Shown here one piece after another: positions 39,583-50,414 of a DNA stretch of 64,000 bases; position 1 is the stretch's first letter; the number at the start of each line of letters is the position of its first letter. This stretch comes from a virus. Its lineage: Duplodnaviria > Caudoviricetes. A program made the position numbers and the translations under genes. The DNA lies in IMG/VR virus record IMGVR_UViG_3300048861_000178, positions 224,001 to 288,000 of that record. The stretch is one strand, 5' to 3'. The notes under the pieces were generated by a model. That model did no database searches. It saw nothing but the letters and a program-made list of their open reading frames with translations, and had not been told where the DNA came from.

Positions 39583-42156
39583 ATGGCTTACGATTACCTC
39601 GAAGCATACGCGCTGTCAAACGTGTGGTGTGCTCCCTACCAGGATAATCAGGCGATCCTTGAATTGGCTCGTCTGACCCCGGTGGGGGGTGCGTTCAATT
39701 ATTTCAAGGTTCAGAACAATACGGTCTGGTTCCCGGTCAAGAAGACGCGCTTTCATGTCTACTCGATCGGTCAAGTCAACCCGATGCTGCTGGGGATCTA
39801 CCCCAAGTGGACCTGGAATACGTTTGCTGCCGCGTGCAACAAAGAGAACCTGATGGTGGACCTGTATGCGAACAGTGGCCTGCAAATGCCGCGTACGCAA
39901 AGCTGGTACATGATCACGGAGAATCACAACCTGATCGTCGCGGTGCAAGTGCAGCCGAAGATCAACATCAACCTCGACACCGAGCCGCTCTTCTTGCGGG
40001 TCTATAGCAACGCGTATTACAAGTCGCAGGCCGCCACGGATGCGAGCGCCAAGGTCTATGTCGAGGGCCGCACGCCATTGAACACCGACGCGATCCTGAC
40101 GTTGCAAAACGATCTGGCCGCGTACAGCGCCAAGCAAGGGGTGGTGTATGCGTACGTGAATGGCTACAAGGTCAGTCAGATCGATCTGTTCACGGTCAAC
40201 GTCGGCGATGTGGTCGAATTCGTTTATGACGCCTCGATCTACAAGGTGGTGGATTTCAAGGTCAGTGACCTGCAGTCATTCACCAGTACGCTCGACACCA
40301 AGCAGAAGTGGCTGCTGCACTATGCGGGTAACGTCAACGAGATCGACTACGAAGACGACATCGATGTCTTCGTCTGTCAGCCGCAACCCTCCAATCGCTG
40401 GAAGGGCGTGTACTACCATCGCAATGCAGGCGACAGTCTGCGCATGGTCACGCACAAAGACTATGCGATCGTTCCGGCCTATGTGAATGCCTTCTGTTCG
40501 GACCAAGGTTGGGACCCGATGCAGTGCTACGTACGGCTGCACATTCGTAACGGCGGCTGGAATCGCTCGCTGGTGTTCGAGCATAATCGCATCCATGAGC
40601 TCTACAAGCTGCCGGATAACCTGGTGCGTGGTGCGATGCTGGGAATCAACTCGAATGTTGAGAACTGGAAGGCAGCGAATCTGGAGTCGTCGACCTATAC
40701 GCAGATCATGGGTTCGCTGATGCCAGTGCTCTCCAAAGCCGAGGTCGAGGATGCGCTGGGCTACAACGCGATCAGTAAGCTACTGGGCGATACCCCGCAG
40801 CAAGTGCGGGTCGAATCCAGCCAGAACGTGGTGGATGTGCCGTACGGCTTGCAGGTGAAGTCCACTGGCTACGAGTACGACAGCAATGGCACGCTGCTTG
40901 GCTGGACCTCGCACCAGGCAGGCTCGATCTACGCGTGTGGTTTTTCGAATGCGACGCTGGTGGAGCTCATTTCGGGTACCGGCAATAACCAGCTCGATGA
41001 GACCTACGGGATCACCTCGCAAACACTCGATTCGGCGACCGATTACCGGATGTACACCTGTCCGATCGTGGGCGGTGTGCCGAACAATGTCTGGACCGAT
41101 GTGACGGGTTCGGGTGCGTACGCGGTGGATGCGAATGGCAAGCTTACCTGGTTGGTAGACCCGACCAAGTTCTACACGCTGGTGCGCGGTGATCGTTTCT
41201 TCTTGGCGTATTCGCTGGATCTGACGACCACTGACGGCTTGCTGGAATTTACGCTCTCGCACCGCATGCATCGCAATAACCAGACGACCAACTGGACCAT
41301 GCAGATCCCGATGGGGGAGCTGGACCTGTGGTTAAATGGCAAAGCACTGGTGGAGAACATTGACTACTACGTCAATTTCCCGCAGATCGTGATCGTCAAC
41401 AAAGCGTTTCGACTGGCGAGCAACACCACCCAACACGTGGACATTCGCTTCACGGGCTTTTGCAATGCGGACCGCTCACGCACGCCGCAAGATGACAAGG
41501 GTTTTATCCAGTACGGGCTTCTGTCGGATAACAACCGCTTTGACATCCGTGACGATAAGGTGTTGCGCATCCAGGTGAATGGGGCCACGCTCGATCGTTC
41601 AGCCCTGCTGTTCCAGGAAGGCAACGCTGGGGTCTCAGCCCCCAACGCCCTGAATGGTACGCCGTACTTGGTGCGCGACATCGTGGTGCCGCTACGTGGG
41701 TTGACCACGACCGATACGTATTCGTTGCGAGCCATCGCCATGGAAACGGATCAGGTGGTGAGCGACTACATGTCGCAGTACTATCCGATGCCACAGCCCG
41801 ATGGGCCGGATCAGATCGAACAGAAGTGGGCCGTCTACAGCCCCTTTGCCTGCAAGCTGCTGTACGACATGAACAATGGCTTGCTGGATGATCCGCGTCT
41901 GTACCTGCAGTACAACGACGACGTGGTGCGCGAGCTGTGTGCGCCGTACGAATATCTGCTCACGATGGACCCGACACAACCGGCCAATACACCGGATCTG
42001 CGCTTTGTCGAAATCCATCCGCATGACTTGATGACGGTGATTGGTACCTCGATCTACCACTACAAGTTCTTGCTGCGTGCAGTCAACCTGTATCTGAATG
42101 GGTTGGTGAATCTGGCCAACTTTGTCAACATCCAAAACTACACAGGTGGAAGTTAA
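39583..42156 (+). CDS. Virion structural protein (phiKZ gp27-like)
   Basis: 857 aa; 'NVWCAPYQD', 'RMVTHKDY'. Confidence 0.7.
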   Translation: MAYDYLEAYALSNVWCAPYQDNQAILELARLTPVGGAFNYFKVQNNTVWFPVKKTRFHVYSIGQVNPMLLGIYPKWTWNTFAAACNKENLMVDLYANSGLQMPRTQSWYMITENHNLIVAVQVQPKININLDTEPLFLRVYSNAYYKSQAATDASAKVYVEGRTPLNTDAILTLQNDLAAYSAKQGVVYAYVNGYKVSQIDLFTVNVGDVVEFVYDASIYKVVDFKVSDLQSFTSTLDTKQKWLLHYAGNVNEIDYEDDIDVFVCQPQPSNRWKGVYYHRNAGDSLRMVTHKDYAIVPAYVNAFCSDQGWDPMQCYVRLHIRNGGWNRSLVFEHNRIHELYKLPDNLVRGAMLGINSNVENWKAANLESSTYTQIMGSLMPVLSKAEVEDALGYNAISKLLGDTPQQVRVESSQNVVDVPYGLQVKSTGYEYDSNGTLLGWTSHQAGSIYACGFSNATLVELISGTGNNQLDETYGITSQTLDSATDYRMYTCPIVGGVPNNVWTDVTGSGAYAVDANGKLTWLVDPTKFYTLVRGDRFFLAYSLDLTTTDGLLEFTLSHRMHRNNQTTNWTMQIPMGELDLWLNGKALVENIDYYVNFPQIVIVNKAFRLASNTTQHVDIRFTGFCNADRSRTPQDDKGFIQYGLLSDNNRFDIRDDKVLRIQVNGATLDRSALLFQEGNAGVSAPNALNGTPYLVRDIVVPLRGLTTTDTYSLRAIAMETDQVVSDYMSQYYPMPQPDGPDQIEQKWAVYSPFACKLLYDMNNGLLDDPRLYLQYNDDVVRELCAPYEYLLTMDPTQPANTPDLRFVEIHPHDLMTVIGTSIYHYKFLLRAVNLYLNGLVNLANFVNIQNYTGGS

Positions 42157-43922
42157 TGGACGTCTTGGGTAAATCAACCCTACTGATGCCGCTGGGGGCT
42201 ACCCTTGGCGCATCCCTTGGGAATACCAGCGTCACGGGCACGGACGGGGGTGTCCCCGTCTATAACCCGGACAGCGGGTTTCGGCTCTGGGCATTGTCCC
42301 AGGTCTATCGTGGTCTGGCGGGCACCAACATGTACGTCCCCAATGTGGGCGACTACGTGGTGGATAACGCACCGGGCTCCAATGCGTGGTATCGGGTCGC
42401 AGCGCTGGACCAAACCACGCTCATTCCAACCCTCGTTCCCCTTACCACTGCCGCGACTGGGGAATTCAGCGACGACGATCTGCTGATGGGTGTCGGTCCT
42501 GGTACGCAGTCCGATACCTACCGCTGCTATCTCGATCAGAGCGTGATGCCGTTTTCGATGGCGGTGGACGTACGGCTGGTCGTGGGTGGGAGCCAGGCGT
42601 CGTACGCGAAGATCTTCAAGGGCGCAATCCTTGGTGATGAGGGTACGGTGATTTCGGCGTTTTACGATCAGTCGGGCAATCTGCTTGGCGAGAACGTACC
42701 GCTGGAAGTCGTGCAAACGTCACAGCAAGGCGTGGTCACCACGGCGCTGAAGGTCGTCAAGCAGTGCTACACCAAAGTGGCGTTGCTCGATGGTGAGATT
42801 GTCACGGTAGTGATCTACGCGGCGGATGGCACGGTGCTCTCCAAGCGTCAGCTGCTGATCGAGAACACGGCGTTTATCCGCTCGACCGATGCGAGCGAGA
42901 AGTACATCACGGGTATCTCGATGACTTCGCCGTTCATGAGCTCGAGCGATCCGAACACCTTGGTCTACCCGATCAATGTGCCGAAGGATGGTCTGAACCT
43001 GATGGGTCAGGTCCATTACTCGGATGGCACCGTGGCGTCGATGCCGGTCGATGGGACCAAGTTCCAGCTCTTCGGGCTGGATGCGTACGTGGCGACTATC
43101 GTCGGTCAGAAGTTCAAGCTGGTGCTCAAGTACAACCTGTCGCAAGACGAGTTGGTGTACGGGGCCACCGCGAACGTCGATGGCTCGGGTGGGGCAGCCT
43201 TCATCCAGGAAACGTACAACGCTACGACCGAGAATGTCGATGGTGCGTACACGCTCAAGCTCTTCTGCGTGCCGCGCTTTATTGACTCGGTCAATGGCTG
43301 GTATCTGGACTGGTACCTCTTTAACCTCGATCGCAATCTCGCGCAACTGGTCACGCCGTATGTGGCATTTGCCCCCAACAGTCCGGCCTTCTTGCCGCAT
43401 GGTTACGGGGTGAATCAGCAGTTGCAGGTACAGCTGAAGCTCTCCGATGTCAATCCAGCCTACAAGAACGTACAGTTCACGCAGACCATCGGTCTCGTGC
43501 TCTATCGTGACGGCACGGATAAGACGGGCACCAACTGGACCATCGCGTACGATCCGGGTCAAACGCCTGCGTATGGCTTGAACACCCATGCGTCGACGAC
43601 CTTCGTGAACCAGAACCTGATGCAGGTGTACATCAATCAGGGTCTCACGGACTTCGATGCGTTCCTCGATCAGGTGTACTACCCGGCCAAGCCGCTCACC
43701 GATCCGAACGTCGAGACGCAGGCGCCGGAGCCGAACATGTTCTCGCTCCTGCTCCCGAACCAAGCACCGGTGGAATTCCCAATCAGTCAGTGGGCGTCTC
43801 AACTGGCAATTGGTCAGGCGATTCCGGCAGGCAGCACGCTGGTGGTGAAGTTCTTCTTCCGCACTGCGGAGAACGATCTCGAGCTGGCGCTCTGCCCGAT
43901 GGCGGTCTGGCAAACCAACTAA
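42156..43922 (+). CDS. Virion structural protein (phiKZ gp26-like)
   Basis: 588 aa, beta-rich, TAATG-coupled, next to terminase. Confidence 0.7.
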   Translation: MDVLGKSTLLMPLGATLGASLGNTSVTGTDGGVPVYNPDSGFRLWALSQVYRGLAGTNMYVPNVGDYVVDNAPGSNAWYRVAALDQTTLIPTLVPLTTAATGEFSDDDLLMGVGPGTQSDTYRCYLDQSVMPFSMAVDVRLVVGGSQASYAKIFKGAILGDEGTVISAFYDQSGNLLGENVPLEVVQTSQQGVVTTALKVVKQCYTKVALLDGEIVTVVIYAADGTVLSKRQLLIENTAFIRSTDASEKYITGISMTSPFMSSSDPNTLVYPINVPKDGLNLMGQVHYSDGTVASMPVDGTKFQLFGLDAYVATIVGQKFKLVLKYNLSQDELVYGATANVDGSGGAAFIQETYNATTENVDGAYTLKLFCVPRFIDSVNGWYLDWYLFNLDRNLAQLVTPYVAFAPNSPAFLPHGYGVNQQLQVQLKLSDVNPAYKNVQFTQTIGLVLYRDGTDKTGTNWTIAYDPGQTPAYGLNTHASTTFVNQNLMQVYINQGLTDFDAFLDQVYYPAKPLTDPNVETQAPEPNMFSLLLPNQAPVEFPISQWASQLAIGQAIPAGSTLVVKFFFRTAENDLELALCPMAVWQTN

Positions 43923-43939
43923 CGCTGCGGTATCCTAAG

Positions 43940-43979
43940 CGTCATAAGGCCCAGGGGTTTCCCCTGGGCTCTATGCCGT
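43940..43979. terminator. Bidirectional hairpin with CGTCATA/TATGCCG flanks
   Basis: GCCCAGGGG/CCCCTGGGC stem between convergent genes. Confidence 0.75.
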
Positions 43980-43994
43980 TAAGCCATCAAGAAC

Positions 43995-46262
43995 TTACCA
44001 GCGACTGCCTGCAGCGGTCGAGTACACCCCGTAGTTTGCGGGTGAACCAAACATGTCCACATGCGAGATTGGCAAGTCACTCGTTACCAGCATCCCGGTA
44101 TTGTGGCCGAGGTACTGATTCTGTTGCGACTGCTGATACAGGTTGGAGTTCCGCACCTTATTGCGCTTGGTTTCCCGAGCGCTGCGGATGAGCTCATCCA
44201 CCGAATAGATTTCATCCTGTTCGAGGATGATCTTCTTATCCAGCATACGCAGCTCCTGCTCCAGACGTGCCGCCACAAAGTCGTCGTGCTCACCCGTGAG
44301 CGAGTTGTAGATCTCTTCGATACGACTGCGCACGGTCTGCTGCTCCATGCGCCGGAAGAAGTCTTCTTGCGACTCGGTCTGCCTGGTCTTGACTGCACAC
44401 ATGACCTGGCGGGGATCGATGCCGTAGTGTTGCAGATTCTTGCCATGCATGAGGAACCAGTGGCAGAGCAACCAGCCGATAACCAAGTCATCGTGTTCGC
44501 CGTCTTCGTGGTCGATCCGGCCGTTCTTGTACACCAGGCCCAGGATCTGACCCGCCAGCATCTTGTCATGCACCTTCATGCCGCTGCGCTGTGCAGCCGC
44601 CTGCAGCACCTGACCATACAAGGCATTACGACTGTTGGCACCGGAGCCCGAGGTAGCAAAGCCAAACGTGGTCTTGTAGCGCACGTAGATGTCGGTCGGA
44701 CGACGACCAATCGGTACCTTGATTTCCTTGTAGCGATCCGGATACTCGTCGTAATCTTGCACCACCTTGTTAAAGACACGTTTGAACGGATCTTCGCCAT
44801 AGTTGGGCAACATCAGGAGCAGGTAATCCAGCAACATCGCGCCAGTGGAACGCCGCTCAATGACAGCGGTGATGTTCGAGTACTTGACAAGCGTATCGCA
44901 CACCCACTTCGAGAAGGTAATCAGGTTAGTCTCGTTATACGAGCCCGCTGCCACCACCTCTAGTGTCTCCACGTCCATCAAGACGAGCGAGATGTCATCG
45001 CCCCCGCCTGCTTCAGACGTATCCATGCCGAGCACGAACTTGCCTGTCGCCATGCGCGTCGCGATCTCTTCTTCCGGGATGTACCAGCGCGTGATGTAGC
45101 CGTCCGGATCACTGATCGAGGTGTAGAGCTCATCCAGTCGCGACGACGCAATCATCTCGGCAGTGGCCGTTGAGAGCGGCGAGCTTTCCGTACCCGAAGT
45201 CCACAGGTTAAAGTAATCTCGGTTCGCGTCATCGCCCGTTTGCAGCGATTCTTCAATCTTCTGCTTGAGCCACTCGTCGCTCTTACCCAACTGACGGTGA
45301 CTGAAGGTGCCGTTGATGCGGAACAAGCCCGCGCGCGAATTGCGGCGTACCATGCGATCGAGTTCGGCCCAGTTCTGGCAGTCGAAGAACTTCTCGGTCC
45401 ACGAGGCAGAGTCTTCCAGCAGCTTGTAAATAAAGCGGCCGTCCTTGTCGTCCTTCTTCCCGGCGGTGGTCGTCAGGATGGTCCCATACGGGGCGCCTGC
45501 GGCCTTGGCACGCTCCACTGCAGCACCCGTAGCAGCCAGCGCAGCAGGCAGCGCAATCGCGATGTTCGGCTGGAACGGCGGCTCGTCGATGTGGAAGATC
45601 GCTGTTGTCAGACCGCGGCCCATGTTGTACGCACGCTTCGGGCTCGATTGCGGCACGTGCGTGTTGTACGAGTTCTTCAGTGCCTTGACGGTGATTTCTT
45701 CACCGTTTTGCGCATCTTCCTTAGTCCGCTGTGACAGATACGGCGGCAACTCCGACATGATTTCCTTGATCCGCTCAATGTTCTTGCGGCGCAAGTTATC
45801 GTCCTTCGTCAACAGGTTGATGCTGGTACCCGTACAGACCACGTTCATCAGGTAGCTCATCAACGTATCCGTTGAGAAGGACTTACCCGTCTGACGTGGC
45901 TGAATCAGCGTAAAGAAGATGTGGTTAAAGAAAGACCAGTAAAGTGCAATGTTGGCCCGGTTCGCTTCCAGCGGCACCGCATCGGAGCCGGAGTTACCCG
46001 GTGCACGTGCGATTTCCCGGAAGAAGTACCAGGGGTTGATCTTGCACTCTACAGCGATCATGTACATCTGCTCAGGCGTGAGGTCTTTGCTGAAGGGGTC
46101 TACCCCTTGCAGTTTCGGATTCACGAGCGCGAGCAAGAAGGCGTGGTTCTTGATACCCATCGAGCGATACACTGCGGCCAGACGAATCCAACTTTTGTTG
46201 GTGGTCTTGGTGTCAATGATCGCGGTCGGATAACGGTACCAATCCTGCTCAAACAAAATCAT
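43995..46262 (-). CDS. terL: Terminase large subunit
   Basis: Walker A 'PRQTGKS', Walker B 'FHIDE', nuclease 'GMDTS' and 'HDDLVIGW'. Confidence 0.92.
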   Translation of the reverse strand: MILFEQDWYRYPTAIIDTKTTNKSWIRLAAVYRSMGIKNHAFLLALVNPKLQGVDPFSKDLTPEQMYMIAVECKINPWYFFREIARAPGNSGSDAVPLEANRANIALYWSFFNHIFFTLIQPRQTGKSFSTDTLMSYLMNVVCTGTSINLLTKDDNLRRKNIERIKEIMSELPPYLSQRTKEDAQNGEEITVKALKNSYNTHVPQSSPKRAYNMGRGLTTAIFHIDEPPFQPNIAIALPAALAATGAAVERAKAAGAPYGTILTTTAGKKDDKDGRFIYKLLEDSASWTEKFFDCQNWAELDRMVRRNSRAGLFRINGTFSHRQLGKSDEWLKQKIEESLQTGDDANRDYFNLWTSGTESSPLSTATAEMIASSRLDELYTSISDPDGYITRWYIPEEEIATRMATGKFVLGMDTSEAGGGDDISLVLMDVETLEVVAAGSYNETNLITFSKWVCDTLVKYSNITAVIERRSTGAMLLDYLLLMLPNYGEDPFKRVFNKVVQDYDEYPDRYKEIKVPIGRRPTDIYVRYKTTFGFATSGSGANSRNALYGQVLQAAAQRSGMKVHDKMLAGQILGLVYKNGRIDHEDGEHDDLVIGWLLCHWFLMHGKNLQHYGIDPRQVMCAVKTRQTESQEDFFRRMEQQTVRSRIEEIYNSLTGEHDDFVAARLEQELRMLDKKIILEQDEIYSVDELIRSARETKRNKVRNSNLYQQSQQNQYLGHNTGMLVTSDLPISHVDMFGSPANYGVYSTAAGSRW

Positions 46263-46419
46263 GGTTGTTTCCTAGCGTGTTAGTTTATCGGCCAGTTTGA
46301 GGTCATAGTCTCACCGGGGATGACCCGTAGAAACCAGCTTAAACTGGATAATACGTTTCATAACAAGATAAGGAAGAAAACTACGGCATAGGGGGAGGCC
46401 GTAGCCTCCCCCATACGCG

Positions 46420-46854
46420 CTAGATGAAGTTGCTCTGCTTGAGCGCTCTTAATTTGTCCGTGATCAAATCCACGTACGCATCAATGGCGTAGAGCTTTTG
46501 CACTTCGTCTTCTACATAACCGGGACACAGGGCGGGCAACGTAACGGTTAAGTCACAGGCCCGTCGAATCAGTTCCGGTGCATCACTGGTCGTCGTTGAA
46601 AACAACTGGTAGGCCAGGTGTTTCTTCTTCGGCCACTGCCAGAGCGAGTAGCCCGTTTCGAACTGCAAGCGCTGACAGTAGATGGTGATGTCGTAACCCG
46701 AATGATGAATCACCCGAAGCGTATTGCGGCGATTCGTTTGGATCACGACGTCTTGCTGGAATGACCTGTTACCCTTTACGTGCTCCAGCCACAGGAACCC
46801 TCGGGTAGCTAACCTCTTCAAAAGCGACATGGTAGAACCTGGTCGTGCGACCAA
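46420..46854 (-). CDS. Hypothetical protein
   Basis: 144 aa; start may be 46830. Confidence 0.55.
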   Translation of the reverse strand: MVARPGSTMSLLKRLATRGFLWLEHVKGNRSFQQDVVIQTNRRNTLRVIHHSGYDITIYCQRLQFETGYSLWQWPKKKHLAYQLFSTTTSDAPELIRRACDLTVTLPALCPGYVEDEVQKLYAIDAYVDLITDKLRALKQSNFI

Positions 46855-46857
46855 GCC

Positions 46858-48099
46858 TTATGCAGCGGCGCTCTGGGAGTAATACCGCATCGAATACGCG
46901 CGTGCGATCAAGTACAGCAGTATCCCGGTGCGTACCGCCGCAATCACACTGGAGTTCTTATTGTTGGTCGCGAGCTTCACGATCTTTTCTGCTTTCTCCC
47001 GCAGCGAGAACAGAGCAGGGTCCGTGGACCGCGAACTCATGTACACACCGCGCAAGCGTGTGAGTAGGCTGGCCAAGTCCGTAGAATTCCTCACCAAGTT
47101 CCGATTCTCCGCGAGGTAGTCAAAACTGTGGATCAGGGTTTCGTTGAGCAGCTCTTCGATCATACTCGCGCCGGACTGGCGGTAATTGTCCGACATCCAT
47201 TCGAGCGATTCGCGAAAAAGACGCGGCGGCATCGTCTTCATCTGCTTCTCAATCACGGTGAGCAGCTCTTCGCGAATGAAGGAGTTCCGGTCGGTGATGA
47301 TCGAATTGATATACCTGGTGTAAGCCAGGAGGTTTTTCGACTTGTCCTTCAAGATCTCGACCCCGTCGTGTTCTACGAGAGAACTCGTCGAGCTGATCTT
47401 GATACCCTGCCGATGCACTTGCAAGAAGACGTCGTAAATGTTTTTCAACATGTCACGAATCCGGCCTTGCGTGTCATTGAGCAAATAGATGACGGCGCTA
47501 TCGGGGTCCATCAGTTCGATGGCTTTGCGGTGAAGACCGGTCGGGCTGATCACTTCTTCAGCGCGGGCATTGAGCACTGCGGCCCAAGAGCCGTACTGTT
47601 TGATAGCGTACTTAAACGTGAGAGCTGCGTAGGTAGCCTCTGCAGTTGCACGATCCGCCGGGTACTTAAAGTGCCGGTACAGACGGGATGTGAGAAACTT
47701 GTATTGCATCACCAGCACGACATCCAACATCGCCTGGTGGCGCTGAGCATCGCTCAGTTTTTTGCTGTGCAGGAGCGCGTGCAGCAGCCACGCACACGAG
47801 AGGTTCATCGTATCCGAGGACACGTTAAAATTCTCGTTCACGGTGGGCAAAGCGAGAAGGCGAGCTTCTAGCGCATCTTCATCGGCCTGAACGATCTCTG
47901 TAAACCAGTGGTCCCGATCAGCGTCGGTAAAACGCACCACTTGCACACCAGTCAGGTTCCCGCCAAAGAACTCGATGTGGTCCTGGTTTTTGTGGGCGAA
48001 ACCGACAGTATACAAATGGATGCGTTTGGCCAGTTGCGCGTCCAAAGCAAGGTGGGCACACTCACTTTCAAACACGCCCTTGATAGAAACGTCTACCAT
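46858..48099 (-). CDS. Conserved jumbo-phage protein (phiKZ gp32-like)
   Basis: 'FFGGNLTGV', 'DTQGRIRDM'; GAGG SD. Confidence 0.7.
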   Translation of the reverse strand: MVDVSIKGVFESECAHLALDAQLAKRIHLYTVGFAHKNQDHIEFFGGNLTGVQVVRFTDADRDHWFTEIVQADEDALEARLLALPTVNENFNVSSDTMNLSCAWLLHALLHSKKLSDAQRHQAMLDVVLVMQYKFLTSRLYRHFKYPADRATAEATYAALTFKYAIKQYGSWAAVLNARAEEVISPTGLHRKAIELMDPDSAVIYLLNDTQGRIRDMLKNIYDVFLQVHRQGIKISSTSSLVEHDGVEILKDKSKNLLAYTRYINSIITDRNSFIREELLTVIEKQMKTMPPRLFRESLEWMSDNYRQSGASMIEELLNETLIHSFDYLAENRNLVRNSTDLASLLTRLRGVYMSSRSTDPALFSLREKAEKIVKLATNNKNSSVIAAVRTGILLYLIARAYSMRYYSQSAAA

Positions 48100-48202
48100 T
48101 TAGCATCCTCTCAGATAGGGCAACGATACACAGAATTAGGATCAACGGCATAAAGGCGGGGCCGAAGCCCCGCCGTTTACACCATCCGTTCCAGGGATGA
48201 GA

Positions 48203-49279
48203 TTACTTACGTGCGCGCACGCGTTGGCGCGGTACCAACGTGACGAGACGAACACGGAAGCTTTCAAGCGCGGCGTCGCCGTTGGCTACAGGGACCGTCG
48301 GGTCTTCGCCGTTAGCCTGGTTCTGCGGCACTTCGCCTTCCTTCTTGGGGGCAGGGACCTTATCGTCACCCGCGCCGATCGCAGCTTGCGCTTCGGGGCT
48401 CAACGCACCCGGATCGTTCGGCAAGGCCGAGACCGGTTGCACGACTGGCTGACCCGTGTCGGTATTGCCTTCTTCCAACGCGGGCGCCACGCCCGTGTCT
48501 TCACCGGCCGGAACTTCAGCGGCAGCCGCGGCTTCTTCAGCAGCGATCTTCGCGATCTCGACCACGCGCGAGGTGATCGACGGATCTTGCGGGCACGGAT
48601 TGGTGGCCGGGTCGCCTGCAACGCCTTCACCGCCCTGTTGGGCCGTCACGTCGCCAGCTGTGCCCACGCCGTCCGCACCATCGTTGCCGCCGTTGCCGAG
48701 GTCGGTTTCCGGATTCACGACGCCTTCGACGAATTCTTCGAACGAACGATAGAACTTGCCACCCAGACGCTTGGTCAGGGCTTCCATCGCTTCAGACAGA
48801 TATTCGACTTCTTCCTGGGGTGCGCCACCCAGACCGTTGACCGAAGGCAACGTGCCATCGACCACCACCACGAATTCCTTCGGACGGCTTTCGCTGTCTT
48901 CGTTCATCAGTGCGTCGGCCACGTCGACCACGTCAGCGTCGGTGATGTCGGCCTTGGCCACACCGTAGACTTGCAGGTCAGCGCCTTGCGCACCGGGTGC
49001 GCCGATTTCGCCGTTGACTTCGCTCACCGGCTGCACCGACTGCTGTTGGTTGTTGCTGATGGATTCGACGATCTTTTGCATGACCGTCACGTCTTGTGCT
49101 TGCGACTCGGTCGCCACTACGCCCTCACCTTGGCTCGGCTCTTTGGCATAGGCCACGTCGAGTGCCTTGGTGAAGATCTCGGACAGCGGACCACTCATCA
49201 CGATGGTCGGCTCGTTAGGACGCGAGGTCATCTCGACCGTCTCGCCTTCCAGCGCCATTCGGAACATGCTCTTGCTCAT
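48203..49279 (-). CDS. Acidic low-complexity putative head protein
   Basis: Start at MSKSMFRMALEG (AAGGA upstream); several A-x-E motifs. Confidence 0.65.
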   Translation of the reverse strand: MSKSMFRMALEGETVEMTSRPNEPTIVMSGPLSEIFTKALDVAYAKEPSQGEGVVATESQAQDVTVMQKIVESISNNQQQSVQPVSEVNGEIGAPGAQGADLQVYGVAKADITDADVVDVADALMNEDSESRPKEFVVVVDGTLPSVNGLGGAPQEEVEYLSEAMEALTKRLGGKFYRSFEEFVEGVVNPETDLGNGGNDGADGVGTAGDVTAQQGGEGVAGDPATNPCPQDPSITSRVVEIAKIAAEEAAAAAEVPAGEDTGVAPALEEGNTDTGQPVVQPVSALPNDPGALSPEAQAAIGAGDDKVPAPKKEGEVPQNQANGEDPTVPVANGDAALESFRVRLVTLVPRQRVRARK

Positions 49280-49915
49280 GGGTTCTTTCCTTAGGGAGTA
49301 GGAACGGAATTGGAGATTCACAGTATTGCTATCTACAGGATAAAAGATCCTGCTGCGCGCGGTGCATAACAAGATAGGGGAACACGATAAAAAGCCGCCG
49401 CCCGCCGCGCCCCTAAGAATGGTTTGCAACGCTGGGCGGGTTTTCGACCATGCGGTGTCATTCATTAACAATACCATCCAATACCTATCCAAACATCTCT
49501 GTCGCTGCGCTCGTGCTTTTCTTCCTTTCCCCTCAGGGCTCGCTCGAGCCCTCACTCTCTAGGTTGACAAACCCCGGTCTAAACTTTTTAAAAAGGGGGA
49601 GGGGGACTAAGCCCCTCCCCCGATATGTTAATATCGGGTTTAGAAGCTAAGTACTTGATTTATAAGGATAAAGTAAAAAAATACTGTGTAGGAACTTAGA
49701 TATGTGTCAAGGAGCGGAGGCGACGCGGAGCGAAGCGGAGGAAGAGAATTAAGCGTAGAGAGGGGCGGAGCCCCTCTCTTTATTATTCCCTAGAAAGGAA
49801 TACTCCCTGGAGTCATACTCTGTAAGAATAGAATATTTTATTACAAAGCGATCTTTCTAGCCGGGCAGAGAGCCTGGCGTTTATGCCGTCGATTCGTGGA
49901 TGCTAGAAATATTCA
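49280..49915. other. Long divergent intergenic region with AT-rich tracts, hairpins and GCGGAG repeats
   Basis: No credible ORF; composition differs sharply from flanking genes. Confidence 0.6.
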
Positions 49916-49919
49916 AACC

Positions 49920-49927
49920 TATATTCT
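49920..49927 (+). promoter_or_regulatory. Early promoter variant TATATTCT
   Basis: AAATATTCAAACCTATATTCTCCCGTCGAG parallels the other copies. Confidence 0.55.
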
Positions 49928-49987
49928 CCCGTCGAGCACAAGCCAGTAGAGACTTGAAGCCAAGACCCTTAACCTCACACAGAGACC

Positions 49988-50257
49988 ATGACACATCGCT
50001 TTACTAACATCCTCGCTAACTTCAAGGCGATTCACGAGAGCATCGAGCAAGAAGAGCAACGCACCCAACCCCGAGACGGGATGGACTGGGTGATCCGGGA
50101 AGGCACACGCACTAATTGCCGAAGCAACATGTACGCTACTGCACATGGCGTGGGTGGGCCCTGCAACTGTGGGTTTAGTGATCCCCATGCGTTAGCTCTG
50201 GTAGATTCTTTGGGCTGGGATGCAGCCTACCGTGTGTACCTGGAAAACCGCCAGTAA
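49988..50257 (+). CDS. Hypothetical early protein
   Basis: 89 aa after the promoter, followed by a hairpin. Confidence 0.6.
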   Translation: MTHRFTNILANFKAIHESIEQEEQRTQPRDGMDWVIREGTRTNCRSNMYATAHGVGGPCNCGFSDPHALALVDSLGWDAAYRVYLENRQ

Positions 50258-50330
50258 GTGGCATACTAGAGGCTTGGGTTACCCCAGGCCTTTATGCCGG
50301 AGTGACGTGGATTGAAAAAGATTTCAACCA

Positions 50331-50338
50331 TATATTCT
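50331..50338 (+). promoter_or_regulatory. Early promoter variant TATATTCT
   Basis: AAAAAGATTTCAACCATATATTCTCCGGCTGAG. Confidence 0.55.
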
Positions 50339-50414
50339 CCGGCTGAGTTAGAGCAAGTAACAAGTTCTAACCACTTCCGTAGTTCAACCTTCTTCTCAAG
50401 CAATCGGAGAAACC

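Noticed and set aside
49280-49555. N-terminal extension of the 450 aa minus-strand ORF
   Set aside because: Runs through non-coding-like sequence; the SD supports 49279
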